Assembly: GCA_964536215.1 (NCBI GenBank)
Contig: CAZHWT010000002.1
Span: forward strand, 20,573 to 84,572
Length of the DNA: 64,000 nt
Direction: 5' to 3'
Source: an uncultured Candidatus Saccharibacteria bacterium
Lineage (GTDB): Bacteria; Patescibacteriota; CAZHWT01
Of this stretch, positions 50,622-60,581 are shown piece by piece. A model generated the notes under the pieces. That model had not been told where the DNA came from. It saw only the letters and a program-made list of their open reading frames with translations, and made no database searches. The position numbers and the translations under genes are program-made. Numbering within the stretch: position 1 is the stretch's first letter; each line of letters starts with the position of its first letter.

Positions 50622-51173
50622 TTATTGCGTCTTCAGCCATTCCGCCACCTCTGCCCAAATATACTCCTCTGTATCAAAGGCGGTCTTGCCCGCGTCGCGT
50701 CGCTGGGCAATAGTTTGACCGTTAAACATGGCAGTTTTCTCCATACTATTGCCAGATTCCCCCAGCGGCTCCGGAGCCATTTCTCCCCAGTAGACCTTGC
50801 TAAATTCTTTAATCTGGTAGGCATCCTTATAAATAATCGTTTCAATAAAACTGGTTCTGCGGTCGGTCTTATCTCGCATCAAGTTAATCCAGTCCTGAGG
50901 CTCAAACCAGTGGACTACATCCTTCATATAGGCACCAGGAAAGCCATTTAGTCCGGGGATATCCCAAGAAGTATCGCAGACAACTATGGCTTTTTGAGCC
51001 AAGGCAAAAGCCGATTCTGCTTTATGCCGAGTAACTTTAAGCGGATCCGCCGACTGAATCTCATCAAAATCCAATACTAATTGTTCCACCGCAATCCCCA
51101 TTGGTTCACACGCCGCCCGCGCTTCTATCATCTTTCTCTGGTTGGATGTAACAAAGGTAATCCGCTCAATCAT
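50622..51173 (-). CDS. Ham1/RdgB-family non-canonical purine NTP pyrophosphatase
   Basis: FVTSNQRK, EIQ, KA, DTS..IPGLNGFPGAY; C-terminal SHR motif not evident. Confidence 0.85.
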   Translation of the reverse strand: MIERITFVTSNQRKMIEARAACEPMGIAVEQLVLDFDEIQSADPLKVTRHKAESAFALAQKAIVVCDTSWDIPGLNGFPGAYMKDVVHWFEPQDWINLMRDKTDRRTSFIETIIYKDAYQIKEFSKVYWGEMAPEPLGESGNSMEKTAMFNGQTIAQRRDAGKTAFDTEEYIWAEVAEWLKTQ

Positions 51174-51457
51174 AGTCGGATTATACAAGTAAATATCTGA
51201 GTAAACAATAAACGCTTATGGCAGAGAACCAGAAAGCTATTAGTATAATCGAACTGACTTTGAAACGTTGATTTTTGCACACGTCATTGCGTGGAGCGAA
51301 AGCGACGCGGCCACCTACATCCGATGACTGTAAGACCTAGATTGATGCGCGGGGTCTATCTCTATAATCATCGGGGCTCGTTATGACAGTCCTAGGTAAA
51401 ATCAGTTCAACCATTTGTTAACCTAAATACGTTTCATATAAAAATTTAGGCGGTCCC

Positions 51458-51880
51458 TTAAGGACCGCCCTTTTTTGCCAGCCAAGGCTGTATTGAATCG
51501 ATAGGCTCAATGTGAGTGTCGACCTCCTTTTGCTGCTGCTTATACGCCTTAATCTGCCACGGCATAGTAAATACCCAGCAGCTCAGTTGTAGTAAAATGG
51601 CCAGTATCCCCAACCCAAATAGCGATTGGAGTGAGTATGTTTGAGGCCAAATCAGCCTGATAAGCAGGAAGAAAGCTGCTAAGCCAAGCATGGACTTAGC
51701 ATACCCATCGGTGCTTTGCATGGCCGGGACTATTCCTCGATAGCCACACATAAGTGAAACAACGTAGCAGGCTAAGAAACAGACAAGGCTTGAGACAATG
51801 ATAGCTGCCACAGAGACGAGCGTAGCTGTTGTCATGATCCACAGCTGACCATGCTGTTGCCAGTCGTTGCTAATATCCAC
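51458..51880 (-). CDS. Hypothetical membrane protein
   Basis: 3 TM segments; AAGGAG RBS; own promoter. Confidence 0.6.
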   Translation of the reverse strand: MDISNDWQQHGQLWIMTTATLVSVAAIIVSSLVCFLACYVVSLMCGYRGIVPAMQSTDGYAKSMLGLAAFFLLIRLIWPQTYSLQSLFGLGILAILLQLSCWVFTMPWQIKAYKQQQKEVDTHIEPIDSIQPWLAKKGGP

Positions 51881-51967
51881 CTTAATTCTCCTTTTTAAGC
51901 TATGCCACTCGACTGAAGTAGTATACCAGACTATAGGTCTACAATCAATGGGTGCGGTAAATCATTG

Positions 51968-51991
51968 AAGTACGTACACGTGTACGTACTT
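51968..51991. repeat. 24-bp perfect palindrome AAGTACGTACACGTGTACGTACTT
   Basis: Read directly; same core as the array repeats. Confidence 0.85.
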
Positions 51992-52649
51992 ATGGCATAA
52001 GCCGCAGTAGTAGTAACAAAACAATATCAATCCCTAGTGACAAACACATCCATAGTACGGCTTGGATAAAAACTGGTTGGAGTGAGGTCAACATAACTGG
52101 TAACCAGTCAAAAGTTGGCCATAAACCAGCCCAATACAGCAGTGCGCCCACAGCTGCTAATCCAACAAATAGTGTAAGAGCACCCTCCATGTCTGCTCTA
52201 CTGGTAAATAGTGTATTGCTAACTTCAAAAACAGCATACCCAATAATCAGCCACCCCAGCCAACTCTGGAAAAAATGATAGTGTTCCGCCAACCACATGA
52301 TAGCTAAAATAGTTGTCAGACCTACATATACCGGCGCAGCGCCCATTAAAAAACGCCGTATCAAATCCGTTTTTGGCACCATCACGCTACCTAGGATAAT
52401 TCTTTCACCTTCAATCTTTGGCACAATTGTCAGTCTCTGCGTATTTACTAGTAACGCTCGCCCAACGAGCAGATGAGACAACTCGTGGACCAGTACGCCG
52501 GGCAAGTACAGCACTGACATAACTCGCACAACCGCCGATTGCCGCCTAAACAGCCTCATAAGAACCATCCCTAGCCTCCGTTCGACTGACCTCGACAATA
52601 AAAATAACAACAAAATTTGTCCTAGCAATATCAAGGCGTACATCATCAC
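51990..52649 (-). CDS. M50-like membrane zinc metalloprotease
   Basis: PGVLVHELSH within a TM context; GAAP; S..D. Confidence 0.72.
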   Translation of the reverse strand: MMMYALILLGQILLLFLLSRSVERRLGMVLMRLFRRQSAVVRVMSVLYLPGVLVHELSHLLVGRALLVNTQRLTIVPKIEGERIILGSVMVPKTDLIRRFLMGAAPVYVGLTTILAIMWLAEHYHFFQSWLGWLIIGYAVFEVSNTLFTSRADMEGALTLFVGLAAVGALLYWAGLWPTFDWLPVMLTSLQPVFIQAVLWMCLSLGIDIVLLLLLRLMP

Positions 52650-52893
52650 ATATCAGTATACTGCACTAACGGTCAAGCTAGGTGGTCGAGTAGCCCACCT
52701 CGCAGGTGGATGGAATAAGCAAAGAAACTATAAATATATAGTAAATACCGGATAAGAATTTAAAGGCGAGTTTGGTTGAGCTAGTTAAATATAAAATGAC
52801 GGGGCAGCTATAATGCTGCCCCAAAACGATTCACAAAACTATTAATAAGACCGTTGTAGACTTAGTCAAAGGAAGGCATGAAAAAGGCGCTGC

Positions 52894-53472
52894 TCATGCA
52901 GCGCCCTGATGGATGATTTGGTGGTCCAGCCAGACCCGCCACTTATCGGCCCAGACTTCCCAGGTGTCCCGGGCCAAAAAGATGACCACTTCGTCGGGCG
53001 GGCTGGCAACCTGCCAAAAGACATGGGCAGCTAGTCCTTTCTGACGCGAAATTGCCTCAGCCATCCATAAGGTGAATGGCTGGCCAATAACGATATTCAT
53101 AGGCCAACTGGTCAGTTGCTGTATGTCATGCCCCAGCTGGATAATGGTATCCAACTTGACTGCCAGGACGAATTGTGTCCAGTCCTTTGGCGGTGTGAGA
53201 CTCACTTCCAGGATGGCGCTAACGTTCGATGTTTGGCGGCGCAATGACGAACAGGATTTGTACCAGGTTAGTCTGAGACTTAACTGAGGCACTCCATCTA
53301 CCTGTTGGTACGAGTCCCATAGCCATTCACAATCTTTAGCCGTAGCGGTCTGGGACAAATTGCCATCGAACCCCATTCGCTCTCCGGCGCTAAAAAGCAT
53401 GGAGCTTATGCGCTCTCCATACCGGGCCATCATCCGCTCCGACTCCGTTCTGGCCGTGTTAAACGTCAGCAT
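52894..53472 (-). CDS. Hypothetical protein
   Basis: AAGGAG RBS; 192 aa. Confidence 0.6.
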   Translation of the reverse strand: MLTFNTARTESERMMARYGERISSMLFSAGERMGFDGNLSQTATAKDCEWLWDSYQQVDGVPQLSLRLTWYKSCSSLRRQTSNVSAILEVSLTPPKDWTQFVLAVKLDTIIQLGHDIQQLTSWPMNIVIGQPFTLWMAEAISRQKGLAAHVFWQVASPPDEVVIFLARDTWEVWADKWRVWLDHQIIHQGAA

Positions 53473-53594
53473 ATTGTCTCTCCTTGATAGCTGACAACCG
53501 TTAGTTGCAGGTACTATATCATAAAATATAGCGCCGGTTTTTTGGCGCTACCTTTGCTTTAATCTTGCCAGCACTGATTAAGCTCCGCAATATC

Positions 53595-53960
53595 TCACTT
53601 TTCGGCATAGTAGTCCGGGACATCTGGTTGCTCAAACCGCACTCGCGGCCGTCGCAATGCCTCCGCAACTTTGTCGCTGATATAGTCTGATTGGGCCAGT
53701 GATGACTCAATTGCCCTGAGATCTGACCACATGGTATCGACATTCCCGTCACAATATTCGTACAGCTGAACCAGACACTCACCAGTTAATTCGGGGAAAT
53801 AGGCCAACATTTCCACCACTACATACTGATCCTCTGGCGGAATACTTCGACACAATCTTTTGGTCTCATGGAGCGGAGTTGTAAACTCCTCAACCATCTC
53901 CTCTACCTGACGCGGCGGTGTAAAGTAGATAAGGTTACCCATGTCATCACTCCTTGACAC
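53595..53960 (-). CDS. Hypothetical protein
   Basis: AAGGAG RBS; promoter at 53981-54009. Confidence 0.6.
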   Translation of the reverse strand: MSRSDDMGNLIYFTPPRQVEEMVEEFTTPLHETKRLCRSIPPEDQYVVVEMLAYFPELTGECLVQLYEYCDGNVDTMWSDLRAIESSLAQSDYISDKVAEALRRPRVRFEQPDVPDYYAEK

Positions 53961-54127
53961 TAGCTGCTAACAGTTGGTTGATTATATACAGACTATAGGT
54001 TTGTGTCAATCAGATAGTTTATGAGATGAGCTAATAGCGATAAATTCCTTCGATGACCAGCTTGCCCGCTAAAACACTGTAGCCAGACCGAGAATAAAAA
54101 TAGAACAGCCTGCTCGAAAGCAGGCTG

Positions 54128-54403
54128 TTAGTTGGCTTGGCCGGGAATTTTAAGTAATCCGACGATTTCGTCCGGATCAACCTCATCCCACTCCAGCACC
54201 GTTGGGTGCGTTGGCTCTTCAGCCAGCAGTCTTACCTGTTTGGTTTCGGTTACCTTTATATAAGGCTGCTTGTCCTCACGGATGTAGAGAACTAACCTCT
54301 GGCCGGGTATTGAAACAAATATCTCTCCAAGAGGTATCTCCTCTAGATACTGAGACCATATCTCGGCTGGTATCCCGAACAAGCAGTTGCGCGTATACGC
54401 CAC
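54128..54403 (-). CDS. Hypothetical protein
   Basis: RBS and terminator 54104-54128. Confidence 0.55.
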   Translation of the reverse strand: MAYTRNCLFGIPAEIWSQYLEEIPLGEIFVSIPGQRLVLYIREDKQPYIKVTETKQVRLLAEEPTHPTVLEWDEVDPDEIVGLLKIPGQAN

Positions 54404-54516
54404 TGTCCTTCTCCTCGACTAAACACTCTCTGCTTCTAGTATACGATACAAGTCAGCAAACAGGTGTTAAAAGCCGCTCTGCAGCACATGTGTGCTGGTG
54501 GAGCGGCTGCTACAGG

Positions 54517-55071
54517 CTATGTTTTGCGGCCTCGACGAAACCGAACCTGCACCCGGTGAGAATTTTGCCCATCCCACGACCAGTATCTGGCCCGATTAAG
54601 ATGGAGATTGTGAGTCGTCAGGCCAGCCATCATCTCAGACCGACCGGTCGTTTCTTGTAGCCCAATTCGCAGCATCTCCAGAAAGCACAAATCGTTATGG
54701 GAAAACTGCAATTGGGATCGTCGCCGAACAGGGTGACTATGGATAACCAGCGGTCGACAGTTATCCAGCTGGCAACGGCGAATAACATGATCAAAAAAGC
54801 TCTGTCTCGGCCGCAAATGCCGCCAAGTTCGGACACTAAACATGTCGGGCGACAAATAATCAATCTCTTCTGCCACAAAGGCTGTGGGATATCTGGCAGG
54901 CAATGGCCGGCAGTAGATGACGATCAGCAGTTCATAGTCGCCCTGTTGCCGCTCTAGCTTGGCCCAATTCCGAGCTGTGGCAATCATGCCATGCGGTATG
55001 ATCAGATGATTAGGGCTGGGAGACTTGCGTCGTTGCCCCATCAGCCTGACAGGCCAAAAAATGTTCCGCAC
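54517..55071 (-). CDS. Standalone JAB/MPN-like metallopeptidase
   Basis: YELL...LVIHSHP-x8-FSHND. Confidence 0.62.
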   Translation of the reverse strand: MRNIFWPVRLMGQRRKSPSPNHLIIPHGMIATARNWAKLERQQGDYELLIVIYCRPLPARYPTAFVAEEIDYLSPDMFSVRTWRHLRPRQSFFDHVIRRCQLDNCRPLVIHSHPVRRRSQLQFSHNDLCFLEMLRIGLQETTGRSEMMAGLTTHNLHLNRARYWSWDGQNSHRVQVRFRRGRKT

Positions 55072-55254
55072 CTCTCTCCTCCTCGCCGGAAACGCGTAAA
55101 CAGGCCTAAACTATATCATGCTATGGGTTATTAATCAAGGCTAGGGATTGTTAGGCTATCGACCTTGCAAGGCCCTCCAGCCCCCGCAAGGGTAGTATAA
55201 AAGCGATACTTACAAGAAAAAGGCACCCCGAAGGGTGCCAGATTGACGCTTATT

Positions 55255-55830
55255 TTAGAGAGTATCTCCTCCAGTAATGGTCTTGATGTGTTGGTCAATA
55301 TCGAACCTCATTTCCTGGTACCACTCTTGCCGATGCAGCTCATTGGCATACAACGCCAAAGCTTTCTCCCGCCATTTACTTATCCACCATGCCCGCCAGA
55401 AGGCCAGGCTAATCAATAGTGCTGGCGCGATAATCGTCAGCCAGACAGTTAACGATGTGGCTGGTACATTGCCTAGCGCCATATTGGCTATACTGGCTCC
55501 CCAAAAAACCTGCAGACAAACGCCACAGAGAGTGGGGTTGCCGCTAAGCGCCAGTGACATATCCGTGCTGGTCAAAAAACCAAGCCGGACTGCCCATCGC
55601 GGTTCGACGTTGGCTACAGAATGTATCGCCAAACGACGGCGTATGCCCCAGATTACAGCTTGGGGTATAGCAGTCACTGCTATCAGAGATAACAGCGCCC
55701 AGTACCATGACCAGTAGCCCAGCGGACCCGAAATCAAACAGCTGGCTGTTAGAGGCCAAAGCAGGCAGACTACATCCCAATGTCGAAAGGGGTGTGTCCA
55801 GAACAGTTGCCGGCGGAACTCCATTCTCAT
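55255..55830 (-). CDS. Hypothetical membrane protein
   Basis: About 4 TM; AGGAG RBS; downstream terminator. Confidence 0.6.
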   Translation of the reverse strand: MRMEFRRQLFWTHPFRHWDVVCLLWPLTASCLISGPLGYWSWYWALLSLIAVTAIPQAVIWGIRRRLAIHSVANVEPRWAVRLGFLTSTDMSLALSGNPTLCGVCLQVFWGASIANMALGNVPATSLTVWLTIIAPALLISLAFWRAWWISKWREKALALYANELHRQEWYQEMRFDIDQHIKTITGGDTL

Positions 55831-55920
55831 CTCTCCTGTGTCGTGCGGCTGAATAGTGAGCGTAATATTACCCGGTTATAGGCTGTACGTCAATAATTGA
55901 ACAGTGTTGTGCTGAAAGTG

Positions 55921-57216
55921 TTACTTTGCATATCGAGCTGATAGCTGGCGGTATGGTTTGGTTTGCATGGCCAGCAGGGTAACAATAAGTCCGATTATCC
56001 CCGAAAGTACAAAGACCAACGCAATGCCGCGAGCCTGACCCACTCCAAACCATCCACCAATCAGCTCAACGCCAGCCCCTGTGGTCATAAACGGAATAAA
56101 CACTGTTTGAGTGATCGGGCCGATTAAAAAAGCGCTGAACGGCGAGGCGCCTTGCTCAATGCTTTGAGCAAACCCAAATACTCGCCCCTGTCTATCCAAC
56201 GGCACCACTTTCTGTAAGATAGTCTGCTCGGCTGCTTCGATAAACGGCACAATAGCCATGTAAGCAAACATACCCACAATAAACAGGGGCAATGAAGCCT
56301 GAATGGCAAATAAGCATGAGATGATCCACATTGCGATCATGATCCGGAACATGGTTCGCAGCGGATTTTTGCCTAAACCCCACTTGGCAATCAGTGCCCC
56401 TCCGGCCATAAAACCCGTACTTACTCCCGCCAACAAAAAGCCCCAGACCTGTACCGATACAAAGGATAGGCCGTAAGCGTCCAGCAGGGCCATAAACGAA
56501 CCACCCACAAAGTTGTTAAAAGTAGTAAATAAAATCAGCGCCAATAATCCCGGAATGGCCACAATTACTTTAAAGGTGCCCTTCAGATCAATCTTGCCAT
56601 GCGCTTGATCGCCTTCTAGATGGACAATTTTTGGCTCATCCATTTCGATATAGGCCAGGTGCAGCAATGCCATGGCATTGACCACAATAGCCAAGATCAA
56701 GACGCCGTACATAGCCGAATAGGCCACCAATACGCCACTAATTGCAGAAGTGATAAAAAATCCAACTCCATTAACCATGCCAACCAGCCCATTGGCTTTA
56801 TCGTGACGGTCTTCGGGGACAAACATGCTTACTGTTACCGGCATAATGATATTGCGGATATTGCCCGCCAATACACCGCCCATCAACAGCAAAACAAACA
56901 CCCACAACTCAATGCTGGCCGGATTGCGATAAACAGCCGAGTCAGTCAACCCATACAACAGCAAGCTTACACTGTACAAAATGGCTGAGGTGGCCGTAGA
57001 AATGAGCAGCATCGGTTTTTTACGGTGGTGATCTACTAAGCTACCTAACCAAAATCCCGATGCTGCTGTCACTATCAAATAAATACCAGAAATAACCCCA
57101 GTCACTGTCACCGACTGCGTTTCTAGGTAAGCATAAAAGGTAATCGCAAACCACACCACCATATTGGTCAGCGTGGCAAACAGCGTGTTACCCAAGATAT
57201 GATAAAACGTTTTCAT
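55921..57216 (-). CDS. MFS transporter (DHA3-like efflux family)
   Basis: About 12 TM; GSLVDHHRKK and QKVVP.DRQGRVFG motifs. Confidence 0.9.
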   Translation of the reverse strand: MKTFYHILGNTLFATLTNMVVWFAITFYAYLETQSVTVTGVISGIYLIVTAASGFWLGSLVDHHRKKPMLLISTATSAILYSVSLLLYGLTDSAVYRNPASIELWVFVLLLMGGVLAGNIRNIIMPVTVSMFVPEDRHDKANGLVGMVNGVGFFITSAISGVLVAYSAMYGVLILAIVVNAMALLHLAYIEMDEPKIVHLEGDQAHGKIDLKGTFKVIVAIPGLLALILFTTFNNFVGGSFMALLDAYGLSFVSVQVWGFLLAGVSTGFMAGGALIAKWGLGKNPLRTMFRIMIAMWIISCLFAIQASLPLFIVGMFAYMAIVPFIEAAEQTILQKVVPLDRQGRVFGFAQSIEQGASPFSAFLIGPITQTVFIPFMTTGAGVELIGGWFGVGQARGIALVFVLSGIIGLIVTLLAMQTKPYRQLSARYAK

Positions 57217-57399
57217 AAAAGCAGAACGAATTATAGCAGACTGGCGTCTAAAATCCGATATGGCAAATTTAATAATGCAGTCAGGTATGAGCCAGGAGTA
57301 TAGATGCAAACGGCAATGTATCCAATAAATAAAAAAGGCGTCATTGCTGACGCCCTACGGCTTGTTCTAATTTTACGTCTGAACAACAAGACAATCACT

Positions 57400-58905
57400 C
57401 TAACCGATCATTTGTGCTGGGCGAGATCCTAATGCCAGACAGTTGCGCACATGGAGTTTGACATGTGTGCTTACTTCTAGAGTCAATTCGTGTACGTAAG
57501 CACGCAACGATTGAGCAATCAGGCCCTGCAAGGAGATTTGATCCCGCAGCAATCGGATATTTGTCGCCAATTGTGGTAACAAATCCTCGATTACTGCACC
57601 AACCGTCCGGTCCATTGGACAACTGCTGGAAATCAGCCGATCGGATACAGTCCTTGGCCATCGGTAGTCATCTTCAGGTTCCACTGCCAATGCCAACCGT
57701 TCGGCGATAGCTTTGTCGAGCCACTCTGGAATCAACTGTTGTAACTCGCCAGAAGCACTTATGACAGCCTCGGCCAGCAGCATCTCCCATTCGTCTTCCG
57801 AGGTAAACAGGACGTCAATATCCTGCTCAACCCTCTGTACGATGGTATCTACCGCATTCCCAAGCAATCTGGCCAGGATGGAATCCTGATCCGAGATTGA
57901 CTTGACGATCCAAGGGTAATAGATCACCCGTCCCGGTTCAACCACGCTGCGTGGTGGATTTACGGGCAGAGCTGTCCGTTGCACTTCGGACTCAAGAGTA
58001 TCGCGATTGGTTGGCGCCGAAATCGGGTCAGTCAATCTGTCCTCAGAAAATGCAGCCCTCTGTACCGGCAGAATGGGGGTGAAATCCTCCAGCATATGCA
58101 GCAAGTTTGCTGAGAATACCTGTGATGGCTCACCTGCTCCTCTTTGCCAATAGCTTACACTGCCCTGGCTAAGGCTGCGACCGAACTTTTGACTGTAAGC
58201 CTTCGCCAGCTTGGCTTGACTGCCAAACTGCCCGACAAGTCGGGAAACAATCTGCGGCCAATCATTTTCGGCCGTGATTTGAGGACGTTGAGGAGCGGTC
58301 TGTACATCAACCGCATCGGCAGCCAGCTCTTCAGCCGGAACCAGCCGCGTTGAAGGTGATTGCCACGATGGGGTGGTCGCATGATTAGTCGCCGGATTAC
58401 TCTGCAGAGCTAGGCTGTGCAGGGTATCAATGAGTACTGACTGAGTTGACTCGCTCTGTAGACCCTGGCAAAGGTGAAGCAAGTCATTGGCCCAGACCGG
58501 CGGCATGTTCAAATCATACAGAAAGGTACACAGCTGAGTATCGCTGTCAAAATCCTCACCAAGGAAAGGTGCAAATTTGTCCTCCAGCCACACGGCAATC
58601 CTGGCCAGCTTGTCATCAAGCGGCAAAACGCCAAATGAGCTAATTTGACCATCAAGAGGGATGTCGAGTCGGTGCATACATTCCTGCACTAGCCACAGGG
58701 GAAAGAACCCCATATTGCGATCAATTCGGCACAAGACGCCTCGACGAATGCAGACATCCTTTTCCATGCGTCCGATTTGACGTTCGCGCAAGCCGGATGG
58801 TCCATACTGTCTGGCCTCATCCGGATCTACCGGATAGCACACCAACAAATCCTCAACCGTAGCGATAATCCTGTTGCGAGTGTCCCCAGCAATTGAATTG
58901 GACAT
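57400..58905 (-). CDS. Hypothetical protein with a central XRE/Cro-like HTH
   Basis: SQAKLAK...LSQGSVSYWQRG..EPS. Confidence 0.6.
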   Translation of the reverse strand: MSNSIAGDTRNRIIATVEDLLVCYPVDPDEARQYGPSGLRERQIGRMEKDVCIRRGVLCRIDRNMGFFPLWLVQECMHRLDIPLDGQISSFGVLPLDDKLARIAVWLEDKFAPFLGEDFDSDTQLCTFLYDLNMPPVWANDLLHLCQGLQSESTQSVLIDTLHSLALQSNPATNHATTPSWQSPSTRLVPAEELAADAVDVQTAPQRPQITAENDWPQIVSRLVGQFGSQAKLAKAYSQKFGRSLSQGSVSYWQRGAGEPSQVFSANLLHMLEDFTPILPVQRAAFSEDRLTDPISAPTNRDTLESEVQRTALPVNPPRSVVEPGRVIYYPWIVKSISDQDSILARLLGNAVDTIVQRVEQDIDVLFTSEDEWEMLLAEAVISASGELQQLIPEWLDKAIAERLALAVEPEDDYRWPRTVSDRLISSSCPMDRTVGAVIEDLLPQLATNIRLLRDQISLQGLIAQSLRAYVHELTLEVSTHVKLHVRNCLALGSRPAQMIG

Positions 58906-59062
58906 AGGTATCTCCCGGGATATGTGATTGATAAAGAGCCGATAGTAAAACTATAACACGGTATGACTCATAAGTCAACGTGCGCTACGCAGAGAGGTCA
59001 ACCGATATATTGGAGGCCCTACGGCCAAAACTAGGCTATAATATCCGCTGCAGAGGTTGCCA

Positions 59063-59579
59063 ATGAACTATTTGTCTAAAACACTTTTTATTATTTATGT
59101 AATTGTTTTATTATGGTTGGTTCTGTTTAAACTCTCCTTCGATGTCTTCTGGACGAGGGATATTCAAAATAGATCGCTTAACCTTATTCCATTCCTCTAC
59201 TCCCCAACTGGCTCATTACAGCATCACCTAATTGAAATTCTGGTTAATAATTATTGCGTTTATTCCTTTCAGCTTTTTGTTATCCCACAGTTTTAAAAAA
59301 CGTTCCTATCGCTACAAACTGATGGTTGTGCTAAGTCTTAGCTTAGTCGTAGAGGCAGTCCAATTTGTCTTTGCCATAGGTGTCGCCGACATAACCGACA
59401 TTATCGCCAACACTCTCGGCGGGGTAATCGGCCTATAACTATACAAAGGTATCAGCAGGCGCATGGATGATAAAAAGCTGGATCACCTTGTCATGTTTGT
59501 TGGCATACTGCTGTTGCTACTATTTATTTTGCTGAGATTCTTTATCCTCAGGCACATAAGCTATCATTCGCCACCCTAA
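59063..59579 (+). pseudogene. VanZ-family membrane protein pseudogene
   Basis: NLIPF, N..AFIPF, E..Q...G.ADITDII.NTLG; 1-nt insertion near 59249 and in-frame TAA at 59436-59438. Confidence 0.8.
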
Positions 59580-59774
59580 TAGCGCCGCAAACATCTCAAA
59601 TCTGATTGTTCGCCCTAAAGACGAGTAGGATTTTGGTCTGATAAAGTATTACGCTGTCATTCTCGACCTGATCGAGAATCAAGTGCAGATTCCCGCTTCC
59701 GCGGGAATGACATGGGTGAGTTGATAGGTCATCAAGCAATAAAAACACCCCAACTTTCGTTGAGGCACTTTTAT

Positions 59775-59848
59775 TGGTTGGCGGACTAGGATTCGAACCC
59801 AGAATAACAGGACCAAAACCTGTCGTGATGCCATTTCACTATCCGCCA
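59775..59848 (-). tRNA. tRNA-Gln(TTG)
   Basis: Cloverleaf; ACAGG-TTTTGGT-CCTGT; encoded CCA. Confidence 0.93.
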
Positions 59849-59948
59849 ATGTGCAATCTTCGATTGCGGAATTATGAATTATGAATTTTGAATAAAGAAT
59901 ACTATTCCAAATTCCAAATTCAGTATTCCGGAGCGCCTAGCGCTCCCC

Positions 59949-60035
59949 TGGTGCCGGGGAAGGGACTTGAACCCTTAAGCCGTATGAGGGCAACGGATTT
60001 TAAGTCCGTCGTGTATACCATTCCACCACCCCGGC
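59949..60035 (-). tRNA. tRNA-Leu(TAA)
   Basis: ACGGA-CTTAAAA-TCCGT; long variable arm; encoded CCA. Confidence 0.93.
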
Positions 60036-60135
60036 AAAGCGAGCAGAGCGCGGGCTAATCGCTAATCGATTAGCTAATACGTGGTGGATTATATCAGATA
60101 CAATTCAGCTTGGCGAGGTTGCGCCAAAGTTTATT

Positions 60136-60552
60136 TTAAAGGGTATCTGTCAGCATATCTTCTTTGCGCAACCTGCCTTGCAGAAAATCTTGGACTTTGT
60201 CATAAACTTGTCTGGGTAAATGGCTGGATTTGAGCAAAAAACCATCAGCTCCCAAATTGTAAGCATCTCGAATCACTGACTCTTGACCTAAGTTAGTTAG
60301 CAGCAGGATAGGTGTATGCTTGGTTCTAGAACCATCCGCCCGTAGGTCTCGCAGAACATCTAGTCCATTCTTTTTAGGCAACATAATATCCAACAATATA
60401 ATTTCGTAGTCTGCCTGGTCCGCTTTCTGCACCCCCTCTTCTCCGTCCATTGCGACGTCAAAAGTATAGCCTTCGTCAACAAACGCGCGACTGTACATCT
60501 CGCAAATAAATGGCTCATCTTCGATTAATAATGCTCGTTTAGTAGTAGGCAT
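60136..60552 (-). CDS. Single-domain response regulator (receiver)
   Basis: IEDE, LLDIMLP..NG, LLTN and K motifs. Confidence 0.92.
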   Translation of the reverse strand: MPTTKRALLIEDEPFICEMYSRAFVDEGYTFDVAMDGEEGVQKADQADYEIILLDIMLPKKNGLDVLRDLRADGSRTKHTPILLLTNLGQESVIRDAYNLGADGFLLKSSHLPRQVYDKVQDFLQGRLRKEDMLTDTL

Positions 60553-60581
60553 AGTTTACTATCAGTAGGACCAACTGGGTA

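Noticed and set aside
59063-59579. Stop-codon reassignment (code 25) explaining the broken VanZ
   Set aside because: The internal stop is TAA, and TGA terminates conserved genes such as cyoB.
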